IMG/VR virus record: IMGVR_UViG_3300010362_000006 | Coordinates: 1-43,996 of that record | DNA: 43,996 nucleotides | Source: a virus | Direction: 5' to 3' (one strand) | Shown here: positions 24,044 through 31,957 of the stretch, piece after piece | Numbering within the stretch: the first letter of the stretch is position 1 | Layout: each line of letters opens with the position of its first letter | Notes under the pieces: model-generated | What the model was told of the DNA's origin: nothing | The model's database searches: none | Seen by the model: the letters and a program-made list of their open reading frames with translations, nothing else | Made by a program: the position numbers and the translations under genes

Positions 24044-25009
24044 ATGAAGAATCACGGTTACGAACATCTCCTGAGTTTCGCGGTCGAGCACCCGTGGGCC
24101 GTCACCGAGAGCATGCGCCACGTCATCGTGGGCATCCTCGCGCGCCACATCGCCGGGGAGGACGCCGCGCCCGACACCATCGCGGCGGCGGTGAAGAGTC
24201 GGCGCGACCTGCCGCAACCGACCGCGGGCGGCGTGGCGATCATCCCGATCTACGGCGTGATCGCGCCGCGCATGAATCTGCTGAGTGACATCAGCGGCGG
24301 GACCACTTTCGAGGGCCTCAGCGCGTCCCTCAAGCAAGCGATGGCGAGTCAGGACGTGAAGACGATCGTCTTCGACGTCGATTCACCAGGCGGCAACGTC
24401 GCCGGGGCGTCGGAGTTCGCCGCGGAAGTCATGAAGGCGCGGGCGACCAAACCGATCGTCGCGCAGGTCCAGTACCTTGGGGCGTCGGCGGCGTACTGGG
24501 TGATGTCGGCCGCGACACAAATCGTCGCCGCACCGTCGGCAATGGTCGGCTCGATTGGCGTTTTCGGGATTCACGAGGACGTCAGCGAGGCGCTCGCGAA
24601 ACTCGGCGTCAAACGCACGGTCGTCTCGGCGGGGAAATACAAGACCGAGGCGCTACCCGGCGCGGCGCTGACGGATGACGCCCGCGCACATCTGCAACGT
24701 CTCGTCGACGACCAGTACAGCCGCTTCATCGCGGACGTCGCCCGCGGGCGCGGCGTGAAGGACGTCAGCGTGCGCGACGGGTACGGCGAAGGACGCGTCC
24801 TGCTCGCGAGCGACGCGCTCGCCGCCAACATGATCGACAAGATCGCCACGCTCGATGAAACGCTGGCGCGGCTCAGCGACGACCCCCACCACACGCGGAT
24901 CGCGGCCACGGCCCAGGAGCTGCCGCTCGCAGCCACGGCCCAGGAGCGGCGCGCCGACGTGCAGTGGCAGACCGGCATCGAAGCCGACCTGCTCGCCCTC
25001 GAACTCTGA
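24044..25009 (+). CDS. Prohead protease, S49 (SppA/ClpP-fold) family, 321 aa
   Basis: IVFDVDSPGG, GASAAYWV, GSIGV blocks; lies between portal and capsid genes. Confidence 0.85.
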   Translation: MKNHGYEHLLSFAVEHPWAVTESMRHVIVGILARHIAGEDAAPDTIAAAVKSRRDLPQPTAGGVAIIPIYGVIAPRMNLLSDISGGTTFEGLSASLKQAMASQDVKTIVFDVDSPGGNVAGASEFAAEVMKARATKPIVAQVQYLGASAAYWVMSAATQIVAAPSAMVGSIGVFGIHEDVSEALAKLGVKRTVVSAGKYKTEALPGAALTDDARAHLQRLVDDQYSRFIADVARGRGVKDVSVRDGYGEGRVLLASDALAANMIDKIATLDETLARLSDDPHHTRIAATAQELPLAATAQERRADVQWQTGIEADLLALEL

Positions 25010-25024
25010 CCAGAAGGAACGCCC

Positions 25025-26302
25025 ATGAATATCGCGCAACTCGAATCTGATCTGAAAGCCAAGCAGACCGCGGCAAAGGCCCTGCTCGAGCAAACGATGC
25101 AGAAGTGCCAAGACCACGTCGTGACCCCCGCCACCGACAAGACGTCGGAAGTCAAAGGCCGTCTGATGACCGCTGAGGAAAAAGCGGCGATTCAGGCGCT
25201 CTTGGACGAAGCGAAAGGCATCAAGGCGCGGCTCGATGGCGTGACCAACGACGCCAACATGATGGCCGAGATCGATCGCCTGACGAGCAACCTGCCCGAC
25301 CGGAACACCATCGCCGGTCAACGCAAGCTGCTCTCGATCGGCCAACAGTTCGTGAACAACCCGGAGTATCGCAAGTTCATCGAACGGCAAGGGCACCGCA
25401 GCTCGAGTGCGTGGAATGCGCCCGCGACGGACACCGTCATGCCGTGGCAGGCGACGACGCTCACCGAGGACCCGGCCTCGGGCGGCAAACTGATTCTCCC
25501 CGACGTGCAACCGGGGATTCTGTTTCTGCTCTTCAAACGCCTCGTCGTCGCGGACCTCATCGCGCCCGGCACGACCACGAGCAACATGATCCAGTTCATG
25601 AAGGAAACGACCTTCACGAACGCCGCGGCGGCGGTGGCCGAAGGCGGCACGAAGCCCGAGTCCGCGCTCGTCTTCGACAGCGCGACCAGCCCGGTGCAGA
25701 AGATCGCGCACTGGATTCCGGTGACGGAGGAAATGCTCGAGGACTTCGCGCAGACGCAATCGATCATCGACTCGCGGCTGCGGCTCGGGCTCGCGCTCAC
25801 GGAGGAAGATCAACTCCTGAATGGCAGCGGCACGCCGCCGAACCTGAAAGGGTTCATGAACCTGACCGGTCTCGCGACGCCCGTCGCGCGCGGCACCGAC
25901 ACGAACATGGACGCGATCTTCAAACAGATGACGGCGCTCGCCACGACGTCGTTCGTCACGCCCGACGGGTTCATCATCAACCCGACCAACTGGCAGACCT
26001 GCCAACTCTCGAAAGACGCGCAGGGCCAGTACGTCGGCGGCGGGCCGTTCACCACGGCGCAGACGCCGACGATGTGGGGTATCCCCGGCGCGGTCACGCC
26101 ATCCATCGTCGCGGGCACGTCGCTCGTGGGCGCGTTCCGATCGGCCGCACAACTCTTCCGTCGCGGCGGGGTCCGCGTCGAAGCGAGCAACAGCCACCAG
26201 GATTTTTTCATCAAGAACCTCGTGGCGATTCGCGCCGAGGAACGGCTCGCGCTGGTGGTCTACCGCGAAGGGGCGTTCGGCAAGGTGACGGGTCTCAACT
26301 AA
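25025..26302 (+). CDS. Major capsid protein, HK97 fold, with N-terminal coiled-coil delta domain, 425 aa
   Basis: Position, size and coiled N-terminus. Confidence 0.88.
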   Translation: MNIAQLESDLKAKQTAAKALLEQTMQKCQDHVVTPATDKTSEVKGRLMTAEEKAAIQALLDEAKGIKARLDGVTNDANMMAEIDRLTSNLPDRNTIAGQRKLLSIGQQFVNNPEYRKFIERQGHRSSSAWNAPATDTVMPWQATTLTEDPASGGKLILPDVQPGILFLLFKRLVVADLIAPGTTTSNMIQFMKETTFTNAAAAVAEGGTKPESALVFDSATSPVQKIAHWIPVTEEMLEDFAQTQSIIDSRLRLGLALTEEDQLLNGSGTPPNLKGFMNLTGLATPVARGTDTNMDAIFKQMTALATTSFVTPDGFIINPTNWQTCQLSKDAQGQYVGGGPFTTAQTPTMWGIPGAVTPSIVAGTSLVGAFRSAAQLFRRGGVRVEASNSHQDFFIKNLVAIRAEERLALVVYREGAFGKVTGLN

Positions 26303-26310
26303 CAACCTGG

Positions 26311-26346
26311 CGAGCGGGTCCGACCGACGGCCCGCTCGTGCTTTTC
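26311..26346 (+). terminator. Intrinsic terminator/attenuator after the capsid gene (CGAGCGGG-loop-CCCGCTCG-TGCTTTT)
   Basis: 8-bp stem, 12-nt loop, T run. Confidence 0.55.
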
Positions 26347-26365
26347 CCCGTGAAAGGACGCACCG

Positions 26366-26719
26366 ATGCCCCGCTACGACTCGGCTCGAAACCAATACGT
26401 CTACGACGCCACCGGCCCCGCGATCGTCTACACCGCCAACGGTGCGATTCAGCACAGCGACGGCGTCCATGCGATCAACAAATCGAGCGCCGCCGCGATG
26501 ACGCTGACGCCGCCGACGGCCGGCGAGGAAGGGATGCGGATGACGATCACCGGCCGCACCGCCTTCGCGCACACCGTCGTGATCACTGAAGGCCTCGGCG
26601 GCAAAGGCGGCAACTTCGACACGATGACCTACGCCGCCGTCGGCGATTCGATCACGCTGCTCGCCGACAACCTGCACTGGGTGCCGACCGCGGCGCCCTA
26701 CGGAGTGGTGGTCGCGTGA
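26366..26719 (+). CDS. Hypothetical head-associated protein, 117 aa
   Basis: Position after the capsid gene; AAAGGA SD. Confidence 0.55.
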   Translation: MPRYDSARNQYVYDATGPAIVYTANGAIQHSDGVHAINKSSAAAMTLTPPTAGEEGMRMTITGRTAFAHTVVITEGLGGKGGNFDTMTYAAVGDSITLLADNLHWVPTAAPYGVVVA

Positions 26720-26952
26720 TCTGGTTCTTCGGCGACCCCGGTCCGTGTCCCGTCGATGACGCGCCGCATACGACGTGCTGCGCGCCGGGGCCGATCGTCA
26801 TCGTCCAGTTGCCTCAGCGGGACGCCCTTGCGTCTGCACCGTCTCCGGTCTCGCCCCCGTTGATGGCGGAACGGATACAAGCGGCGCTCCCGCCTGGGCA
26901 ATTCACCACCGGTACCTATCGACGCCAACCGCGCAAGCCGAGGACGCGCTGA
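26716..26952 (+). CDS. Pro-rich hypothetical protein, 78 aa
   Basis: GTGA coupling; moderate GC3. Confidence 0.4.
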   Translation: MIWFFGDPGPCPVDDAPHTTCCAPGPIVIVQLPQRDALASAPSPVSPPLMAERIQAALPPGQFTTGTYRRQPRKPRTR

Positions 26953-27797
26953 TGTGGTGGACCGGCGGCTATGTCGCGGAACACGCCGTCTCGATGCGGG
27001 TCGAGCCGCTCACCGCGATCGCGTTCTCGACGAACGGCAATCCGGCGATTCTCGTCACGCTGTCACCGCACGGTCTCGTGGCGGGCGATACCGTCATCAT
27101 CGCCAACCATGACACCACGCCGCCGCTGAACGGTGAGCGCGTCGTTGAGACGGTGTTGACGCCAAGCAGTTTTACGGTGGACGTCAACGGCGGCGGCCAA
27201 CCCGGCACGGGCGGCACGGTGCGACGCACGATTCCCGTCGAGCCGTTGACGCTTGAGCAAGGCAAACTCCGCGCAGGCCTCGACTGGACCTCTCCCGATC
27301 CGCGCGACGCGCTCATGCAGAGTTTTATCTCGAGCGCGCGACAGCACGTCGAGCGGCGCACGGAGCTCGCGCTGCTCGCCCAAACCCGCGACGTCTACTT
27401 CGACGCGATCGCGAGTTGGGTCATCGATCTGCCGTCGCTGTGTAAACCGCTGCAATCGGTCGTGACGGTGCAGTGGTTCGACACCGCCGGCGGCGCACAC
27501 GTGCTCGACCCGGCCAGCTATCTCGTGGACACCGTGAGTGGACGCATCGGCCTCACGTCCGCGGTGACGTGGCCGAGTGGGCTTCGCACCTTTCAGGCGT
27601 GGAACATCCGCGTCATCGCGGGCGCCCCGAGTATCGCGGAGATTCCTGCACCGCTCCTGCAAGCCGTGGGGCTGCTGGTCGGGCACCTTGCCACGTTGGG
27701 CCGCGACCTGGCGGTGGCGACGACCAGCTCGGTGCTGGAGGTGCCGCAAGGCTTTGAAGACACGATCGCCCCGTGGGTCCCGGTGACGCTGCCATGA
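26952..27797 (+). CDS. Head-tail connector (gp6-like) with N-terminal extension, 281 aa
   Basis: TGATG-coupled ATG; LTLEQGKLRAGLDW...LMQSFISSARQHVERRTELALL. Confidence 0.65.
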   Translation: MWWTGGYVAEHAVSMRVEPLTAIAFSTNGNPAILVTLSPHGLVAGDTVIIANHDTTPPLNGERVVETVLTPSSFTVDVNGGGQPGTGGTVRRTIPVEPLTLEQGKLRAGLDWTSPDPRDALMQSFISSARQHVERRTELALLAQTRDVYFDAIASWVIDLPSLCKPLQSVVTVQWFDTAGGAHVLDPASYLVDTVSGRIGLTSAVTWPSGLRTFQAWNIRVIAGAPSIAEIPAPLLQAVGLLVGHLATLGRDLAVATTSSVLEVPQGFEDTIAPWVPVTLP

Positions 27798-28147
27798 GCA
27801 TGATCGGGATGACGACCAGCGTCGGCGCCCGTCCGCATCGCGTCACGGTGCAGAACGGCGGCACGGTCCCCGATGGGGACGGCGGCTACACCGAAGGCTG
27901 GAACGACGCGGCGCCGCCGCAACTCTCTGTCTCGATTCAACCGGCGACGGCGCGGGACCTCGAGCGCGTCGCCGCGGGCACGGTCGTCGCGAACGCGACG
28001 CACATCGTCCACGCGCCCTACCACCCGCAGATCACGGTGAAGTCACGACTCATTTTCAACACGCGGACCTTCAACGTGCTCGGCGTCGCCAACGTCGAGG
28101 AACGGAGCGCGGAACTCGTGCTGATTTGCGCGGAGTTGCTGCCATGA
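27794..28147 (+). CDS. Head closure / head-tail joining protein, 117 aa
   Basis: ATGA coupling; HRVTVQ...DGDGGYTEGW...THIVHAPYHPQITVKSRLIFNTRTFNV...LICAE. Confidence 0.7.
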   Translation: MSMIGMTTSVGARPHRVTVQNGGTVPDGDGGYTEGWNDAAPPQLSVSIQPATARDLERVAAGTVVANATHIVHAPYHPQITVKSRLIFNTRTFNVLGVANVEERSAELVLICAELLP

Positions 28148-28575
28148 GCACCGTAGCGCGCCTCGAATGGGATGGCCTCGCGGAGTTCCTGCTCGAGCTG
28201 CGGAACCTCCCCGACAACTTGAAGGGCGGGGTCGGGCCGATCGTCGTCGGCCACGCGCACAAGGCCGAGCAGGAGATCCGGTCGGCGTATCCCGAACGCA
28301 CCGGCAATCTAAAAAACGGGCTGGCCGTCGAAACGATCGCGAGCGAACGCTTCGGCGCCGCCGCCCGCGTCGTCAATCGCGCTCCGCACGCGGGGATTTT
28401 TGAGAGCGGCACGCAGGCGCGCCACACCGATCTCGGCGCGAATCGGGGATCGATGCCACCCGGCCACATCTTCGTCCCGATCGTGATCCGCGAGCGACGC
28501 GCGATGTACGAGGAACTCAAAGACTACCTCCGCGCGTTTGGCTTCACGGTCACGGGTGAGGTGAGCGGTGGCTGA
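28144..28575 (+). CDS. HK97 gp10-family tail component, 143 aa
   Basis: ATGA coupling; AYPERTGNLKNGL...APHAGIFESGT. Confidence 0.7.
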   Translation: MSTVARLEWDGLAEFLLELRNLPDNLKGGVGPIVVGHAHKAEQEIRSAYPERTGNLKNGLAVETIASERFGAAARVVNRAPHAGIFESGTQARHTDLGANRGSMPPGHIFVPIVIRERRAMYEELKDYLRAFGFTVTGEVSGG

Positions 28576-28987
28576 TTCCTCCGACATCGACAGCGCCCTC
28601 GTGGCGAAGCTCTCGGGCGACGTGCAACTGACGACGCTCATGCCCGACGGCGTGTTCTTCGACCAGGCGCCGCAGGGCGCGACGAAATTCGTGCTGCTGT
28701 CGATCGTCGACGAAGCGGATTTCCCGATCTTTCAGAAGCGCGGATTTGAAGATCACACGTATCTCGTCAAGGCGGTGGAACTGTCCTCGAGCGGCGCCAA
28801 CGTGAAGACTGCGGCGGCGCGGATCGACGCGCTGCTCGAGGGCGGCACCCTCACCGTCACCGGCTACAACGTCATCGTGATGCAGCGGGTGGCGCGCGTG
28901 CGCGCGACCGAAGTCGATGACGTCGATCCCTCCATTCGCTGGCAGCACCGCGGCGGTCGCTACGAGATCGTCGCCACGGCACCATGA
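28568..28987 (+). CDS. Tail completion protein (DUF3168-like), 139 aa
   Basis: Position and size. Confidence 0.55.
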   Translation: MADSSDIDSALVAKLSGDVQLTTLMPDGVFFDQAPQGATKFVLLSIVDEADFPIFQKRGFEDHTYLVKAVELSSSGANVKTAAARIDALLEGGTLTVTGYNVIVMQRVARVRATEVDDVDPSIRWQHRGGRYEIVATAP

Positions 28988-29637
28988 TGATTCCGTCACA
29001 CCATAGCGACGTCGACGAATATGGCTACTGCCCACAGCACGGTATCCCGGTGCGTCCGAATCAGGGATGTTCCGGCTGCGTCACCGGGCTTCCGTCGATC
29101 AATCCCGCACGGCGCCTGAATGTCGGGTGCGGCGAGTGGCCGTTGCTCTACTACACCAATCTCGACGCCGACCCGAAGGCGAACGCCGACCTCTATGTGA
29201 AAGTGCCGCCGCTGCCATTTGACGACGGCGGGCTCGATGACATCTACGCAGGCCATTTTCTCGAGCACCTCACGCCCGAGGACGCCGACGAATTTTTGCG
29301 CGAGTGTTTCCGCTGTCTCGTGCCCGGTGGACGGCTCGGCATCGTCGTGCCCGACACGCGGATCGTGATGGAACGGTGGCTTGGCGGCGATCCGGGGTCG
29401 ATCGAATATCCCGCGGGCACGTTTCGGCCACGCGCCGACCTCGACACGATCTGCGAGCTGTTTCTCTACAGCACCGTGCAGGAGTCGCCGCATCGCTGGT
29501 CCTACGACTCGACCACGCTCGCGCGCCGCATCACGCGCGCAGGGTTCACGCTGACGCAGGAGATTCACCGCTACACCGACATCCGCATCCCGGTGGGCGC
29601 GTGGTACCAGTGCGGATGGGACGCGGTGAAGCCGTGA
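28984..29637 (+). CDS. Class I SAM-dependent methyltransferase with N-terminal Cys cluster, 217 aa
   Basis: LNVGCG motif I, LPFDDGGLDDIYAGHFLEHL, LVPGGRLGIVVPD. Confidence 0.75.
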   Translation: MMIPSHHSDVDEYGYCPQHGIPVRPNQGCSGCVTGLPSINPARRLNVGCGEWPLLYYTNLDADPKANADLYVKVPPLPFDDGGLDDIYAGHFLEHLTPEDADEFLRECFRCLVPGGRLGIVVPDTRIVMERWLGGDPGSIEYPAGTFRPRADLDTICELFLYSTVQESPHRWSYDSTTLARRITRAGFTLTQEIHRYTDIRIPVGAWYQCGWDAVKP

Positions 29638-30749
29638 AGGTGCTGCTCGTCCACCCTGGCGCGAGCTGGTCGACCACCGACGTCGAGGCCGGCCTGCGGT
29701 ACGGGCTCACGCACCACGGCGTGCAGGTCGTCCGGTACCGCCTGGACGAACGGATCGATCGCTCGAAACGCTGGCTCTATGCCAGTTGGCGCCACGCGAA
29801 GAAACGCAACCCGACGCTCGAGCGGCCGACTATCGGCGATTTCTTCTACCAGGCGGGTGTCGGCGCGCTCGAGATGGCCCTACGACACAACGTCGATGCC
29901 GTGGTCATCGTCAGTGCGATGTTCCTGCACCCCGACGTGATCATTCTGCTGAAACGCGCGGGCCTCTTCGTCACGGTGCTCTTCACCGAAAGCCCGTACG
30001 ACCAGGTGCAGGAGTTGAAGATCGCGCCACTGGTCGACGGCTGCTGGACCTGCGAACGCTCATCGGTCCCGGCGTTCCGGGCGGTCAACCCCCGGAGCGG
30101 CTATCTCCCGCACGCGTGGCACCCCGAACGCCATCGACCAGGCGCGCAACCCGAAGACGATCTGGTCATCGGGCACGACGTCGTCTTCGTCGGGTCGGCG
30201 TTTCGTGAACGCATCGACTGGTTCTCGGCGATCGACTGGCGCGGCATCGACCTCGGGCTCTATGGCGAATGGTCCGCGCTCGGGTCCCGCCACTCGCTGC
30301 GGCACTTCGTCCGCGAAGGCCCGGTCACGAATGTCAAAACGGCGGCGCTCTACCGACGCGCCAAAATCGGCCTCAACCTCTATCGCACGTCACAGGGATG
30401 GGGCAAAGACGCTCCGTCCATCGCGCACGCAGAATCCTTAAACCCGCGGGCCTACGAGCTCGCGGCGTGTGGCGCCTTCCACCTGAGCACGCGGCGGGCG
30501 GAAGTCGGCGAAGTCTTCGGCGATCACGTCCCGACCTTCGGGGACGCGACCGAAGCTGAATCTCTCATCCGCGCCTGGCTGGCCGACGACGCACACCGAC
30601 AGCGCGTCGCCTCGAGCCTTCCGGCCTGTGTGGCCGAGTCGTCTTGGGTCGAACGGGCGACCCGAGTCATCGGAGACCTGCAAACGCTCACGCGCCCACC
30701 AACGATCGGCGCGATCGCGCTCGCCGCGGTCGGCACTGGGGCGGCGTGA
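29634..30749 (+). CDS. GT-B glycosyltransferase, CgeB/DUF3880-like, 371 aa
   Basis: GTGA coupling; HDVVFVGSAF, LGLYGEWS, AKIGLNLYR, SLNPRAYELAACGAF. Confidence 0.65.
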   Translation: MKVLLVHPGASWSTTDVEAGLRYGLTHHGVQVVRYRLDERIDRSKRWLYASWRHAKKRNPTLERPTIGDFFYQAGVGALEMALRHNVDAVVIVSAMFLHPDVIILLKRAGLFVTVLFTESPYDQVQELKIAPLVDGCWTCERSSVPAFRAVNPRSGYLPHAWHPERHRPGAQPEDDLVIGHDVVFVGSAFRERIDWFSAIDWRGIDLGLYGEWSALGSRHSLRHFVREGPVTNVKTAALYRRAKIGLNLYRTSQGWGKDAPSIAHAESLNPRAYELAACGAFHLSTRRAEVGEVFGDHVPTFGDATEAESLIRAWLADDAHRQRVASSLPACVAESSWVERATRVIGDLQTLTRPPTIGAIALAAVGTGAA

Positions 30750-30764
30750 GCAAGGAGAACACAG

Positions 30765-31163
30765 ATGGCGCGGTATCACGGCAAGAGCGGCGGGGTCTAT
30801 GGGAGCACGACGGGCGCGGGTGTCGCCGCGCCGCTCGCATCACTCTCGAAATGGTCGTTGAGCATGGCGACCGACAAGGTCGAAACGACCTCGTTCAACG
30901 ACCCCAACAAAACCTACGTGCAGGGTCTCAAGGACGTGAAGGGCACGTTCTCCGGGTTCTGGGACAACGCCGACGATTCGTTGTTCGACGGCGCGGATTC
31001 CGCGGACGGCGTGCGGCTGTATCTGTACCCGGCGACCAGCTATCAGCAGGCGTACTTCTACGGCCCGGCGTGGCTCGATGCGTCGATCGACGTCGACGTC
31101 AATGGCGCCGTGACGGTGACGGGCAACTTCGTCGCCAACGGTGCGTGGGGGCGCAAACCCTAA
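30765..31163 (+). CDS. Major tail (tube) protein, 132 aa
   Basis: AAGGAGA SD; position just before the chaperone pair and tape measure. Confidence 0.65.
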   Translation: MARYHGKSGGVYGSTTGAGVAAPLASLSKWSLSMATDKVETTSFNDPNKTYVQGLKDVKGTFSGFWDNADDSLFDGADSADGVRLYLYPATSYQQAYFYGPAWLDASIDVDVNGAVTVTGNFVANGAWGRKP

Positions 31164-31174
31164 GAAAGGACTGA

Positions 31175-31444
31175 ATGCCGCACGTCCTGACGATGCGCGG
31201 CGCCGAGGGCTTCCTCGAGTGGGGCCACCAGCGCGCCGCGCGAGTGACGGAGTGGACCGTCGCCAGAAATCCCGAGGGCCTCACCCTCACCGGCACGGTG
31301 AGAGAGGCCGATGCGTTTCGGCTGTCGCAGGAGCCGCTGACGTTTCGGGTCGCGCGCAACACCGGACCGGCCTGGACGTGGTCGGTTCGCGAACTGCAAC
31401 TCACGGACGGGTCTGTCACCGCACGACTCATCCGGTTGGAGTGA
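31175..31444 (+). CDS. Hypothetical tail-module protein, 89 aa
   Basis: AAGGA SD; coherent ORF. Confidence 0.45.
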   Translation: MPHVLTMRGAEGFLEWGHQRAARVTEWTVARNPEGLTLTGTVREADAFRLSQEPLTFRVARNTGPAWTWSVRELQLTDGSVTARLIRLE

Positions 31445-31445
31445 C

Positions 31446-31832
31446 ATGGGCCGCAATCGTTTCGTGCAACCGACCATCACCCGACTCGACCTGACCGACG
31501 GCGACTGGATCGACATCAAGACGGAACTCACCGCGGGCGAACGCCGTCACGCCTTCGGCCGACTCGTCACGGAGATGCGCGCCGGCGAGAGCGCCAGGCT
31601 CGACCCGGAACAGGTCGGGCTCACACGCCTGGCCGAATACATCACGGCCTGGTCGTTCACCGACGTCAATGGCAAACCGGTGCCGGTGAGCGAATCGGCG
31701 ATCAACGCGCTCGACGTTGATTCCTTCGGGGAACTCGTCGAGGCGATCGACAAACACGAAGCCGCGCAGGAGGTCAAGCGCGCCGCGGAAAAAAAAGACC
31801 GGGCTACGTCGAAGGTATCCGCAGCGACTTAG
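31446..31832 (+). CDS. Tail assembly chaperone (gpG-like), 128 aa
   Basis: Position before the tape measure gene; slippery site near the 3' end. Confidence 0.75.
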   Translation: MGRNRFVQPTITRLDLTDGDWIDIKTELTAGERRHAFGRLVTEMRAGESARLDPEQVGLTRLAEYITAWSFTDVNGKPVPVSESAINALDVDSFGELVEAIDKHEAAQEVKRAAEKKDRATSKVSAAT

Positions 31833-31957
31833 CCATCTGTCGCTTCATGGGCGGGTGGAAATTCGAGTGGGCCGGACAACTTCCGGCTGACGTGTACGAC
31901 GCCGTCGTCGCGATGATGCACGACGCCGCTCAACAGCGAGAACCGGAACCGGAATGA
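31446..31957 (+). CDS. gpGT-like frameshift fusion (31446..31796 joined to 31796..31957 by a -1 shift)
   Basis: The extension ...RPGYVEGIRSDLAICRFMGGWKFEWAGQLPADVYDAVVAMMHDAAQQREPEPE ends overlapping the tape-measure ATG. Confidence 0.65.
31790..31796 (+). promoter_or_regulatory. -1 programmed frameshift heptamer A_AAA_AAA
   Basis: GAA AAA AAA G in the zero frame; the -1 frame stays open from 31796 to TGA 31955-31957. Confidence 0.7.

Noticed and set aside
24032-24047. 16-nt identity TGAGGACCTGTCATGA shared with 43188-43203, considered as a regulatory element
   Set aside because: Both copies are simply SD (GAGGA), spacer and ATG of the protease and holin-like genes. One such match is only mildly unexpected in 44 kb of biased sequence. 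A shared translational signal cannot be excluded.
24653-26677. 674-aa minus-strand ORF
   Set aside because: It lies antisense to the well-supported protease and major capsid genes. The translation is Arg/Gly/Asp/His-rich low complexity, typical of the stop-poor reverse frame in GC-rich DNA.
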